This document shows, one piece after another, positions 8,623 to 15,983 of a stretch of DNA of 32,000 nucleotides. The first letter of the stretch is position 1. Every line of letters begins with the position of its first letter. Origin of the DNA: Methanothermus fervidus DSM 2088 (GTDB lineage Archaea > Methanobacteriota > Methanobacteria > DSM-2088 > Methanothermaceae); the NCBI GenBank assembly GCA_000166095.1, contig CP002278.1, positions 1,080,001 to 1,112,000 of the forward strand. Reading direction: 5' to 3'. The notes beneath the pieces are model-generated. The model searched no databases and was not told where the DNA came from. It saw nothing but the letters and a program-made list of their open reading frames with translations. The position numbers and the translations under genes are program-made.

Positions 8623-10300
8623 TTAATCCCCTCCTTTTTTCTTTGCGTATTTAGTGGATAGGTATTTTTGTATAGCATAAATAGCAAGATAATTCCTTAT
8701 TAAATTTATACTGTTTTCTTTTGTATCCATTAATATCTCTTGAATCAAATCACTGTATCTTTTGTCAGTCCCTTCTACTCGAGAGTTCCAGACTGCTCCC
8801 GCATCTTCTTTTAATATTTCGTATTCAAGGTTTTTGAAGAACTCACTAAGTCTTTCAAAATTTCCTATTTCTCTAATAGAATATAAAACATCTTTTTTAT
8901 CGTATTGAGCTGCGAAATATCCAATCCTGTTTCCGACAAGCCGACACACATTATGCAATTCCTTAATATCAGACATTCCAATTACCTCCAAATATTTTGT
9001 AAGAAATTTATAAAGAAGGAATGAGTTAATACTAGAAGGATTATTTTGTGAAAGATTATAAAAAGACAAGTCGCTCAAAACAGAGTCTATAGGGAGTCCG
9101 AAGAGGATCCTTCTTGAAATTTCTTCTCTGGGTAAATTCTTCATTTCATATTTGTTTATACCTTTATAATACGAATAATTCATTAGTAAATTTAAGAAAG
9201 GAGTACTAGATTCGTTTCTTAAATTTTTAATGCTGTCAAAAAATTGTGATATGTACGAAAGCTTGTTGTAAACCTTTAAATCATCCACGCCCCGGGTGGT
9301 AACAACAAAATAATATATGGAGAGATAAGCAAGTTCATCCCTGTCAATTATTTTTTCCTTAATTTTATGAATTAGAAGGAGTAATCTTGAATAAGGACCG
9401 CTTGTAACAAAATCTCCGCGTTTTAGAAAGTTTGTCTTTTTTGAAGATTCCTCAAGATAATCCTCAGGAATCATCAGAATCTTCTTTATATTATATAAAA
9501 AGCGGAGGGAAGGAGCCGATATCAGGAATACATTGTTATCAACAAAATAATTATTTAATAGACCATACTTGTAAATAAGATCACACATAAAACAAACTAT
9601 AATATCTTTTTTTGACCTTAAATCTCTAAAAGATGGCCTTTTGACACCCCCCTCCTACACCAAAGTCAAATATCAAATTGGTAGATTTTATTGAAAAAGA
9701 CATTTTTTTGCCGTTATCGTCTATATACTTTGAATACTTATTTCCACAGAAAAAACATTTGTCTCCTGCCAGAATTTTTTTAATTTTTGATGAAATAGAT
9801 TCTCCAAGTCTTTTTGGTTCCAAGTATATCATTACCATATTCTTTTCACCATACTGAAGCTTGCCACTTACCTTCCCTTCAAAATTACTTTTAGCCTTGG
9901 TCTCTTCATTTTTGAGGGCTTCGAGCTTTTCCTTTGATACTTCCATTCTAGGTAAAAGATTGTTTGTACGCTCAGATCTCTGTAAATATGGTTTAACATT
10001 AAGTTTTGGTGCTATAATGACCTTATCATTTTTTGGATCATAATAAGGTTTGTAATTTTTGGTTTCCTCAAATGCCTTGGAGTAATAAATACTTCTTAAA
10101 ATAAAATAGACATCTTCCAATTCCTTAAATGATCCATGGAAGATAATTTTATTATCTAAGAGTTTAAATTCGGAATCCCCATATTTCACGGTGTAATCAT
10201 CAATATTTTTGAATCTTTCGTCTTTTTTAATATTTAAAAAGATATTCACGAGCCCATTATCGTAAAGAAAATCCCTTTTCTCAAAACTTATTTTGATCAT
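8623..10300 (-). pseudogene. cas8b: Cas8b-like large subunit, split by one frameshift
   Basis: It sits between cas6 and cas7. The combined length is about 550 aa and it has a CFFCG motif. The frame stays open across the C6 run 9647-9652 (..FDFGVGG / VKRPSFRDLRSKKDIIVCFMCDLIYKYG..). Confidence 0.7.
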
Positions 10301-11013
10301 TTTATACTCCCCACTGTATTTAGCATTCCAAATCCCAGTGAATTCTTCTCACCAATGCCACAATCTAATATAAACCTATAAAATCTTTTGTTGTCCATAT
10401 TAAACTTTTCAAGATTCTTCCAGAGCGTCCCTATGACAATGAACATTTTACCTGCCCTTTTAAGTCTAACAGCAACCTCTCGAGCGTATTTAACCCTGTC
10501 AAAAATGTTTCCATCGAAATAATAATCACCATCATGAAAAGCATTATACTTTTTCAAGGCATTTTCTTTCAATCTTTCCATAAAAAATGAAAGGTCACAT
10601 GATTTTTTCATCGAAAAATAGATATTTTTCCTATTATTTTTATACAATACTACTGGCGTGCTCGTTATAAATTGTCTTCCAAATCGGGTTTTAAAAAGAC
10701 TCACAGATTCCAACTCAATTGGGATCTTTCCTAAATAATATGATTCATTTCTTTTAATTTCCTTTTTAATCGTTTTCAAAAGCCTAGGCGCTGGTGAAGA
10801 AATTATTAAATTTTTAGTTTCTCCTCTCTTAAAATTACTTATTGGGAAAATATTTGAAAAACAAAAATATTTGAAGCCTCTTCTGTTATGGTAACTTTCA
10901 AATTTAGAACTTCTCTTTAAAAATGAGTAAATAAATCCCTGAATAGTATAATTATTGACTGAGGTGTATCCAAAATCTTTCTTTGGTTTAAACTTGATAA
11001 GTAGTCTCATCAT
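10297..11013 (-). CDS. cas6: Cas6 crRNA endoribonuclease
   Basis: 238 aa. It has the C-terminal glycine-rich loop GIGEKNSLGFGML typical of Cas6. It is the first gene of the operon and is intact. Confidence 0.85.
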   Translation of the reverse strand: MMRLLIKFKPKKDFGYTSVNNYTIQGFIYSFLKRSSKFESYHNRRGFKYFCFSNIFPISNFKRGETKNLIISSPAPRLLKTIKKEIKRNESYYLGKIPIELESVSLFKTRFGRQFITSTPVVLYKNNRKNIYFSMKKSCDLSFFMERLKENALKKYNAFHDGDYYFDGNIFDRVKYAREVAVRLKRAGKMFIVIGTLWKNLEKFNMDNKRFYRFILDCGIGEKNSLGFGMLNTVGSIK

Positions 11014-11237
11014 TCAACCTTTATTTATAATAAAAAAATAATACTTAACTTCTTGTATATAAAAGTTATCATTTTTTAATTACCTTGTATTAATGTTAAG
11101 ATATTTATTTAAGTTCGTTAGATTAAACTCTGATTTTGTGTTGTGGGTCAGTTAAATGTTTATATCATTCTGTTTCCTGAATACCGTAGATAGGTTTGTG
11201 CGAAGTCATAATATAATACTGCATATGTTTCCATTAT

Positions 11238-11981
11238 TTAGAATCTCCTTCTAACAACTAACACAGTAATTAAAATTAGAAGCATGCCAATTAATATTCC
11301 ATGTATAGACGTTATTTTAGTTTCTCCTGAAGTATTATATTTCGTTTCTTTTAAATATGGATTAGCTTTATTTGGAACGTCTGTTTCTTTTAAACTATTA
11401 AGCACTGCAGAATATGCAACTGATGCAGCCTTATCAAAATGCTTCTCCACTATACTAGGATCTCTAGTCTTTAACCACTTATACCAATCATTCTTTTCGT
11501 TTTTCGCTGTTGACATCAAAGTATAGAGATCTCCTGGAATATACTTGATCTGTGGTGTATAACCAATAACTTGAGACTCATACATCTCATGATCTTTTTT
11601 TGACTCTTTAGCTATATTATGTGGAGCACAGAAAGAATCAGATATATAGTGAGTTGCAACTCCAAAGCAATAACTTGCATACTTGTAATTTCTTTTCTTC
11701 CAAGCATCTTTGCCTTTATTAAGCCATTTCTTAGCTTCATAATAAGCTGGAGGGAAATGGTGTTTTTTGAAGTCCTTAAATTTTAAGTCAGGGGCTGTTG
11801 AACCCTCCTTCATAGCTTCGAGGTCAATTTTGCTTTGATATTCAGAAGGTAGGTTGTTGTAGATCAATTCAACTATGTAGCGATGAGATTCTTCTTTCCA
11901 TCCATAGGTAAAGCTAAATGTAAATGGCAAAGACAGAACTAAAGCTAGTAGGAGGTATTTCTTGATGTTCAAGAAGCTCAC
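11238..11981 (-). CDS. Secreted, C-terminally anchored zinc phospholipase C / S1-P1 nuclease-like protein (tentative)
   Basis: It has a signal peptide followed by GWKEESHRYIVE, with His/Asp-rich motifs (STAPD, HH, HYISDSFCAPHN). A C-terminal TM helix is followed by RRRF. The family assignment is from memory of the PLC/P1 N-terminal W..H pattern. Confidence 0.45.
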   Translation of the reverse strand: MSFLNIKKYLLLALVLSLPFTFSFTYGWKEESHRYIVELIYNNLPSEYQSKIDLEAMKEGSTAPDLKFKDFKKHHFPPAYYEAKKWLNKGKDAWKKRNYKYASYCFGVATHYISDSFCAPHNIAKESKKDHEMYESQVIGYTPQIKYIPGDLYTLMSTAKNEKNDWYKWLKTRDPSIVEKHFDKAASVAYSAVLNSLKETDVPNKANPYLKETKYNTSGETKITSIHGILIGMLLILITVLVVRRRF

Positions 11982-11982
11982 A

Positions 11983-12009
11983 TCTCCATACTTTAGTCTA
12001 TGAATGCCT
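11983..12009 (-). repeat. Degenerate CRISPR repeat remnant attached to leader copy C
   Basis: The plus strand reads ATCTCCATACTTTAGTCTATGAATGCC, compared with the consensus reverse complement ATTTCCATACTATTTAGTCTATTTTAAAAC. The 5' two thirds match with a 2-nt gap. It occupies the position where the first repeat would be. Confidence 0.45.
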
Positions 12010-12128
12010 TGTCTTACACGCTTATAAGTCTATCTCTATTTCACTTATAACTTATAAGTTATAACTTATAACTATCCCTTCCCTCAATTCTCTCTAGCTA
12101 TTACACTTGAAATTTACCCCTCTCTCTC
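12008..12128 (-). promoter_or_regulatory. Leader / long-repeat-like element, copy C (orphan)
   Basis: It is an inverted copy of 598-717, including CTTATAACTTATAAGTTATAACTTATAAC at 12044-12072 and ..CTAGCTATTACACTTGAAATTTACC.. The proximal leader part found at 721-764 is deleted. Confidence 0.65.
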
Positions 12129-12182
12129 AAAAAGATATTTTTTAGAAAAATAAAAATTTATTTATTAGATTCTTTTGGAGGC

Positions 12183-13262
12183 ATGGTCATGCAAGAAATA
12201 AATTCTCTAAAAAATACAGAAAGATCTTTAAATTATTTAGATGAAATAAAAGATAAAGATTTTCTATTTACTTGTGTTATTGCTACAACTGAAACATCAT
12301 GCATTCCTGGAATAACTGGAGCAGGTGCAACACCTGAATTAACAAAATATACGCCAGCTCTTGACACAGAATTGGTAGTTTGTGGCAAACCATTAAGCAT
12401 GTCAGAAATTCCCCAAACTGTTGTTGAAGGTTCTTCAACACCCACACCTGCGGTTATAACAAGAGCAGTAGTTGAACTTTTGGATATCCCTTTTTTAGTA
12501 GTAGATGCTGGAGCAGAAATAAAACCAAAAATACCTTATATCGAATTAAATGATAAACCTGGAAAAGATATAAGAACAGGTAAAGCCGTTGATAAACCTC
12601 GCTCAATTTATGAAAAAGGTAAAATATTGGGAAAGTTTTTATCAAAAATAACAGAATATTTAATAATTGGGGAAAGCACACCTGCTGGCACAACAACTGC
12701 TCTTGGAGTATTAACTGCTTTGGGATATAATGCTAGCTTTAAAGTTAGTGCAAGTTTACCAGAAAATCCTCATGGATTAAAGAGAAAAGTAGTGATGGAA
12801 GGATTAAAAAATGCAAATATAGAACCTGGCAATATTGATGATCCATTTGACGCTGTTAAAGCTGTTGGAGATCCAATGATACCCGCTGTTGCTGGAATAT
12901 GCGCTGGATTTAAAAATTATATAACACTTGCTGGTGGAACACAAATGCCAGCAGTTTGTGCATTATTAAAAGAAGTAGAAAACTTTAATTTTTCTAAATT
13001 AGCTATAGCAACCACAGTTTTCGTTGTGAAGGATGAAAGTTCTGATATTTTAAATATAGTTGAGCAAATTGGTGATATACCTGTATATTATGTTGATCCT
13101 CATTTTGAAAAATCAAATCATGAAGGTTTAAAAAGATATATGGAAGGGCATGTGAAGGAAGGCGTAGGTGCTGGAGGGGCAATGTTTGCTGCAGTGTTAA
13201 AAGGTATTACTACCGATGAATTAAGAAAAGAAATTGAGAAAGTCTGTACAGTTGTTTTTTAG
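12183..13262 (+). CDS. Archaeal CobT-like protein (UPF0284 / TIGR00303 family, putative nicotinate-nucleotide-dimethylbenzimidazole phosphoribosyltransferase)
   Basis: Family-typical motifs are ATTETSCIPGITGAGATPELTKYTPALDTE, GESTPAGTTTALGVL and LAGGTQMPAV. The gene is intact at 359 aa. Confidence 0.8.
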   Translation: MVMQEINSLKNTERSLNYLDEIKDKDFLFTCVIATTETSCIPGITGAGATPELTKYTPALDTELVVCGKPLSMSEIPQTVVEGSSTPTPAVITRAVVELLDIPFLVVDAGAEIKPKIPYIELNDKPGKDIRTGKAVDKPRSIYEKGKILGKFLSKITEYLIIGESTPAGTTTALGVLTALGYNASFKVSASLPENPHGLKRKVVMEGLKNANIEPGNIDDPFDAVKAVGDPMIPAVAGICAGFKNYITLAGGTQMPAVCALLKEVENFNFSKLAIATTVFVVKDESSDILNIVEQIGDIPVYYVDPHFEKSNHEGLKRYMEGHVKEGVGAGGAMFAAVLKGITTDELRKEIEKVCTVVF

Positions 13263-13274
13263 TTTACCTTTCAA

Positions 13275-13477
13275 CCCTAAAATAGTCTGATTATTTTTTC
13301 ATTTTTTATTTTTAGTATATATAAGTTTTCTTAATTTATAGAGTATTTTTTGAGAGAGAAAGAAGGAGTAAGAGAGAGTTTGTATATATTTTTTAAAACA
13401 AGTGTTATTTTTGTACTTCATCTATATAAATACTTTCCTATTTTTTTCATCCCTGATAGGGTGGAAACCTGTTTTTT
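13275..13477 (-). mobile_element. Left-end-only fragment (M2) of the tnpB element family
   Basis: Positions 13313-13474 align with 15640-15785 and 25575-25718 (..AGAACAAGTG.TA.TTTTGTACTTCATCTATATAAATAC..CCCTGATAGGGTGGAAAC). No right-end block is present. The left boundary is approximate. Confidence 0.55.
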
Positions 13478-13522
13478 GATTGCTATTTTTTTTATTTCTA
13501 GAAAAATAAAAATTCTTAGAGA

Positions 13523-13576
13523 TGGCTCAGACAAGGCTGAATTCATCACTTATCAGAATAGTTCCTCATCATTGCC
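13523..13576 (-). ncRNA. Candidate C/D box sRNA
   Basis: The minus strand reads UGGCA-AUGAUGA(C)-GGAACUAUU-CUGA(D')-UAA-GUGAUGA(C')-AUUCAGCCUUGU-CUGA(D)-GCCA. Boxes are in canonical order. The D guide is 12 nt and the D' guide only 9 nt. A 4-bp terminal stem UGGC/GCCA forms with one bulged A. It is intergenic, just after the stop of ORF 13583..14065. Confidence 0.45.
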
Positions 13577-13582
13577 AAAACA

Positions 13583-14065
13583 TTAGACCCATTTAACTTC
13601 AGGAGTTATGAAGACAAAATTTTGAGAGAATGCTGGATCATAATATTCATATTTATCCCCAGTTCCAAACACTTCACATATGGATTTTCTAACATTGTAG
13701 TTTATCCTGTCTCCCAGCGATCGGAGAGAATGATTATTAAACAATCTATTTACATGCGCATAAACTTGTAGTTCAATTTCAAATTTCTTATATCTTTCAT
13801 TATAACCTTTAAATTTATATTCTATTTTAATTATTTTGGTTGCAGACGGAGATAATAATTCTGGTTTAAATTCAGTATAATTATCAAATGAAATTGTAGG
13901 ATATACTGCATAATTGTTCATTGTTGTTGCAAGGTTTGCACCAGATCTTGCGGCGCATAAAGCAACTGATAATTCATGTTCACGCTGCACCACAGAAAAA
14001 AGTGAATATGAGAAAATCAACAAAACTACGGCTATAAATGAATATTCAATAATCACAGAACTCAT
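13583..14065 (-). CDS. Hypothetical pilin-like protein (class III signal peptide-like N-terminus)
   Basis: The N-terminus is MSSVIIEYSFIAVVLLIFSYSLFSVV. There is a 4-nt ATGA overlap with the upstream gene, suggesting an operon. I recognise no other domain. Confidence 0.5.
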   Translation of the reverse strand: MSSVIIEYSFIAVVLLIFSYSLFSVVQREHELSVALCAARSGANLATTMNNYAVYPTISFDNYTEFKPELLSPSATKIIKIEYKFKGYNERYKKFEIELQVYAHVNRLFNNHSLRSLGDRINYNVRKSICEVFGTGDKYEYYDPAFSQNFVFITPEVKWV

Positions 14066-14456
14066 TGCATCACAACCCTAACTTTGTTATTCTCATTCTC
14101 AAAGAGATATTCTTTATTTGCATACAATTCTACATTATCTACAGGCACAAAAATAGTACTTTTGCATTTTAAATTCCCGCAAACACAGTATACTTCATCT
14201 TCCTTTATGTAAATATTGTATTGGCAATTGCAAATGGATTTTGGTAGTGAAAGATATACTTTATGTCCGTTACCTCCACTATAGGACAAAATTATGGAAT
14301 TAGATATGTTATCTGTTAAAGATCTCATTGCATATACTTTATTTTCGTTATTAGCATTGTCGATTTCATTATTTATTAATTGTACTAATAAAATCACTAC
14401 AAATAGAAATAAAAGTGAAGTGATGATTATATCAAATGCTAAGTAACCTTTTTCAT
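14062..14456 (-). pseudogene. Hypothetical pilin-like protein whose start codon is out of frame
   Basis: The ATG at 14454-14456 is followed by a T5 run (14449-14453). The body frame reads ..KGYLAFDIIITSLLFLFVVILLVQL.., a KG/hydrophobic class III signal. Adding one A would give MKKGYLAFD.. in frame. Confidence 0.45.
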
Positions 14457-14462
14457 CCGTTT

Positions 14463-14640
14463 TTGAGCTACCCCCTACGGAGCTTCCTGCTTCATAGAGA
14501 AAACTTGCCCAGAGACTATATCCTTACAGGAGATAGTTCTGAGTAGAGGTTTTCTCTCAGGCAGGCTATCAGGACTACCCCATTCCCTCAACAATATTCT
14601 ACACGCTGATATATAATCTCTTAGTTTATTCTTATAGGTT
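14463..14640 (-). ncRNA. Putative omega-RNA (reRNA) scaffold overlapping the tnpB 3' end
   Basis: By analogy with characterised TnpB systems. This roughly 180-nt block is what the deletion derivatives M3 and M4 retain. M1 retains a shorter, more diverged version that lacks the hairpin. The block ends with the hairpin GAGCUCCGUAGGGGGUAGCUC directly at the element end. There is no expression evidence. Confidence 0.4.
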
Positions 14641-15602
14641 AATCCTTTTGATGTTCCTCTTGGATTTACCTTCTTAACAATCTTACCGGCCCTTTCAGCC
14701 TTGTAAGATAGCATTTGAAGGAATTTACCCCAGGAAGCATCTAAAATACTTTTTGCAAGCTTATGATTTTTAACCATATTCTTTATAGTTAGATTCTCAA
14801 CACAAATCACGTCATAATTATCAACATAAAACCTACTTAGCTTATGTAGGAAGTCATCCCTTTGATTTCTTAACTTTTCATAACATCCTGCAAGTTTCTT
14901 TCTTTGCTTCTCATAGTTCTTAGAACCTTTCTTTTTCCTTGATAGTTTCCTCTGTTCAATTTTAATTCTCTCCAGGGTTTTTTCATAGAATCTTGGATTT
15001 TCTATTTGCCTTTCTTCACTGTCTGTTAGGAAATGCTTTATTCCAACATCAATTCCTATTGCTTTACCTGTTTTAGGCTTGGTTTCTTTTTCTTTCTCAA
15101 TACAAACTAAAGCAAACCATTTTCCAGATCTATAGCGTTTCACTATAATCTGTTTTATCTTCCCCTCAATTTCTCTGTTTATCCTAATTGGAATTTCTCC
15201 AATCTTTGATAGATATAGCCTATCTAGTCTTTTTCCAGTTTTTATTATCTTGAAACCAGATTGATTATAAATAAAAGATTTAAACCACTTTCCTTTATAC
15301 CGTAGTCTTCCGACCTTCTTACCATTTTTCTTAAGTTTGGCTAAAGCTTTTAAGTTGGAATGAAGCTGATAAAGCACAAGCTGTAAAACTTTTGCATATA
15401 CTTTCTTTAATTCAGTTTTTTCTTTCTTTAATTGAGTTAATCGCTTGCACATCTTATAATATGATATATACTCCTTAGAATTATTAATTTCACTTAGAAA
15501 ATAATTATAAACATGCCTACAAATCTCTAAAGTTTCCAATAGCTTGTCTTCCTGTTCTTTACTTGGATAAAGTCTGAACTTATATGCATAGATATGTGAC
15601 AT
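14475..15602 (-). CDS. tnpB: TnpB (OrfB) RNA-guided nuclease homolog, zinc-finger-less
   Basis: The start is YAYKFRLYPSKEQ. RuvC-I is IGIDVGIKHF, RuvC-II is VCVENL, and the RuvC-III region is LRDYISACRILL. The likely start is the ATG at 15600-15602, conserved in the MITE copies. The ORF track extends to 15617. Confidence 0.9.
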   Translation of the reverse strand: MSHIYAYKFRLYPSKEQEDKLLETLEICRHVYNYFLSEINNSKEYISYYKMCKRLTQLKKEKTELKKVYAKVLQLVLYQLHSNLKALAKLKKNGKKVGRLRYKGKWFKSFIYNQSGFKIIKTGKRLDRLYLSKIGEIPIRINREIEGKIKQIIVKRYRSGKWFALVCIEKEKETKPKTGKAIGIDVGIKHFLTDSEERQIENPRFYEKTLERIKIEQRKLSRKKKGSKNYEKQRKKLAGCYEKLRNQRDDFLHKLSRFYVDNYDVICVENLTIKNMVKNHKLAKSILDASWGKFLQMLSYKAERAGKIVKKVNPRGTSKGLTYKNKLRDYISACRILLREWGSPDSLPERKPLLRTISCKDIVSGQVFSMKQEAP

Positions 15603-15893
15603 GAAGAAAAGTAGCATGAGAGAGTATATATAGTTTTCTTTTTTCTAGGTATTTTTGGGGAGAGAAAGAAAGAGTAAGAGAAAGTTGTGTATATTTTTTT
15701 AGAACAAGTGCTAGTTTTGTACTTCATCTATATAAATACTTTTTCTGTTTTCTCTCAATCCCTGATAGAGTGGAAATCTGGTTTTTCACAAAATCAATTT
15801 CAATCTTCTTTTTATTTTTTTATTTTTTAAAAATTCTGTTTGTAAAAAATTCAAAAAAAATATAAATTTTAATAATTTATGATCAGGTATTTT

Positions 15894-15950
15894 TGTATAT
15901 ATAATAGTAAACTTAGATAGAATAATAATAAAAACATGAGGAGGTATTAT
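15894..15950 (+). promoter_or_regulatory. Promoter/5'-UTR block duplicated at 19253-19310
   Basis: TGTATATATAATAGTA..AGAATAATAATAA..GAGGAGGTATTAT is about 80% identical to the block immediately upstream of the adhesin-like gene start. It contains a TATA-like TATATATAA and a GGAGG. Confidence 0.5.
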
Positions 15951-15983
15951 ATTTTCAGGGAATAATACTTCAAAGGAAAAACC

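Larger units (their letters stand above)
14463..15804 (-). mobile_element. IS200/IS605-family element carrying tnpB only (IS1341-like); no tnpA in the window
   Basis: Boundaries come from alignment with copies at 199-596, 25295-25718 and 31442-31881. The right end starts TTGAGCTAC on the plus strand. A subterminal hairpin GAGCU..AGCUC is present. The left end is shared with M1 up to ..CAATTTCAAT. Confidence 0.8.

Noticed and set aside
13350-13586. 78-aa ORF; likewise 15527..15727 (-) and 25626..25904 (+)
   Set aside because: All three are read from the conserved left-end/promoter block of the tnpB element family. Their frames are not conserved between copies, so they are not genes.
15764-15777. 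IS left-end motif GATAGAGTGGAAAT resembles the 3' end of the CRISPR repeat (AATAGTATGGAAAT), hinting at Cas6 or crRNA-handle mimicry
   Set aside because: The match is only about 11 of 14 nt in AT-rich sequence, with no similarity to the rest of the repeat. Copies of the element truncate at different points through this motif. This is insufficient to claim a relationship, though it would be cheap to test with a Cas6 cleavage assay.
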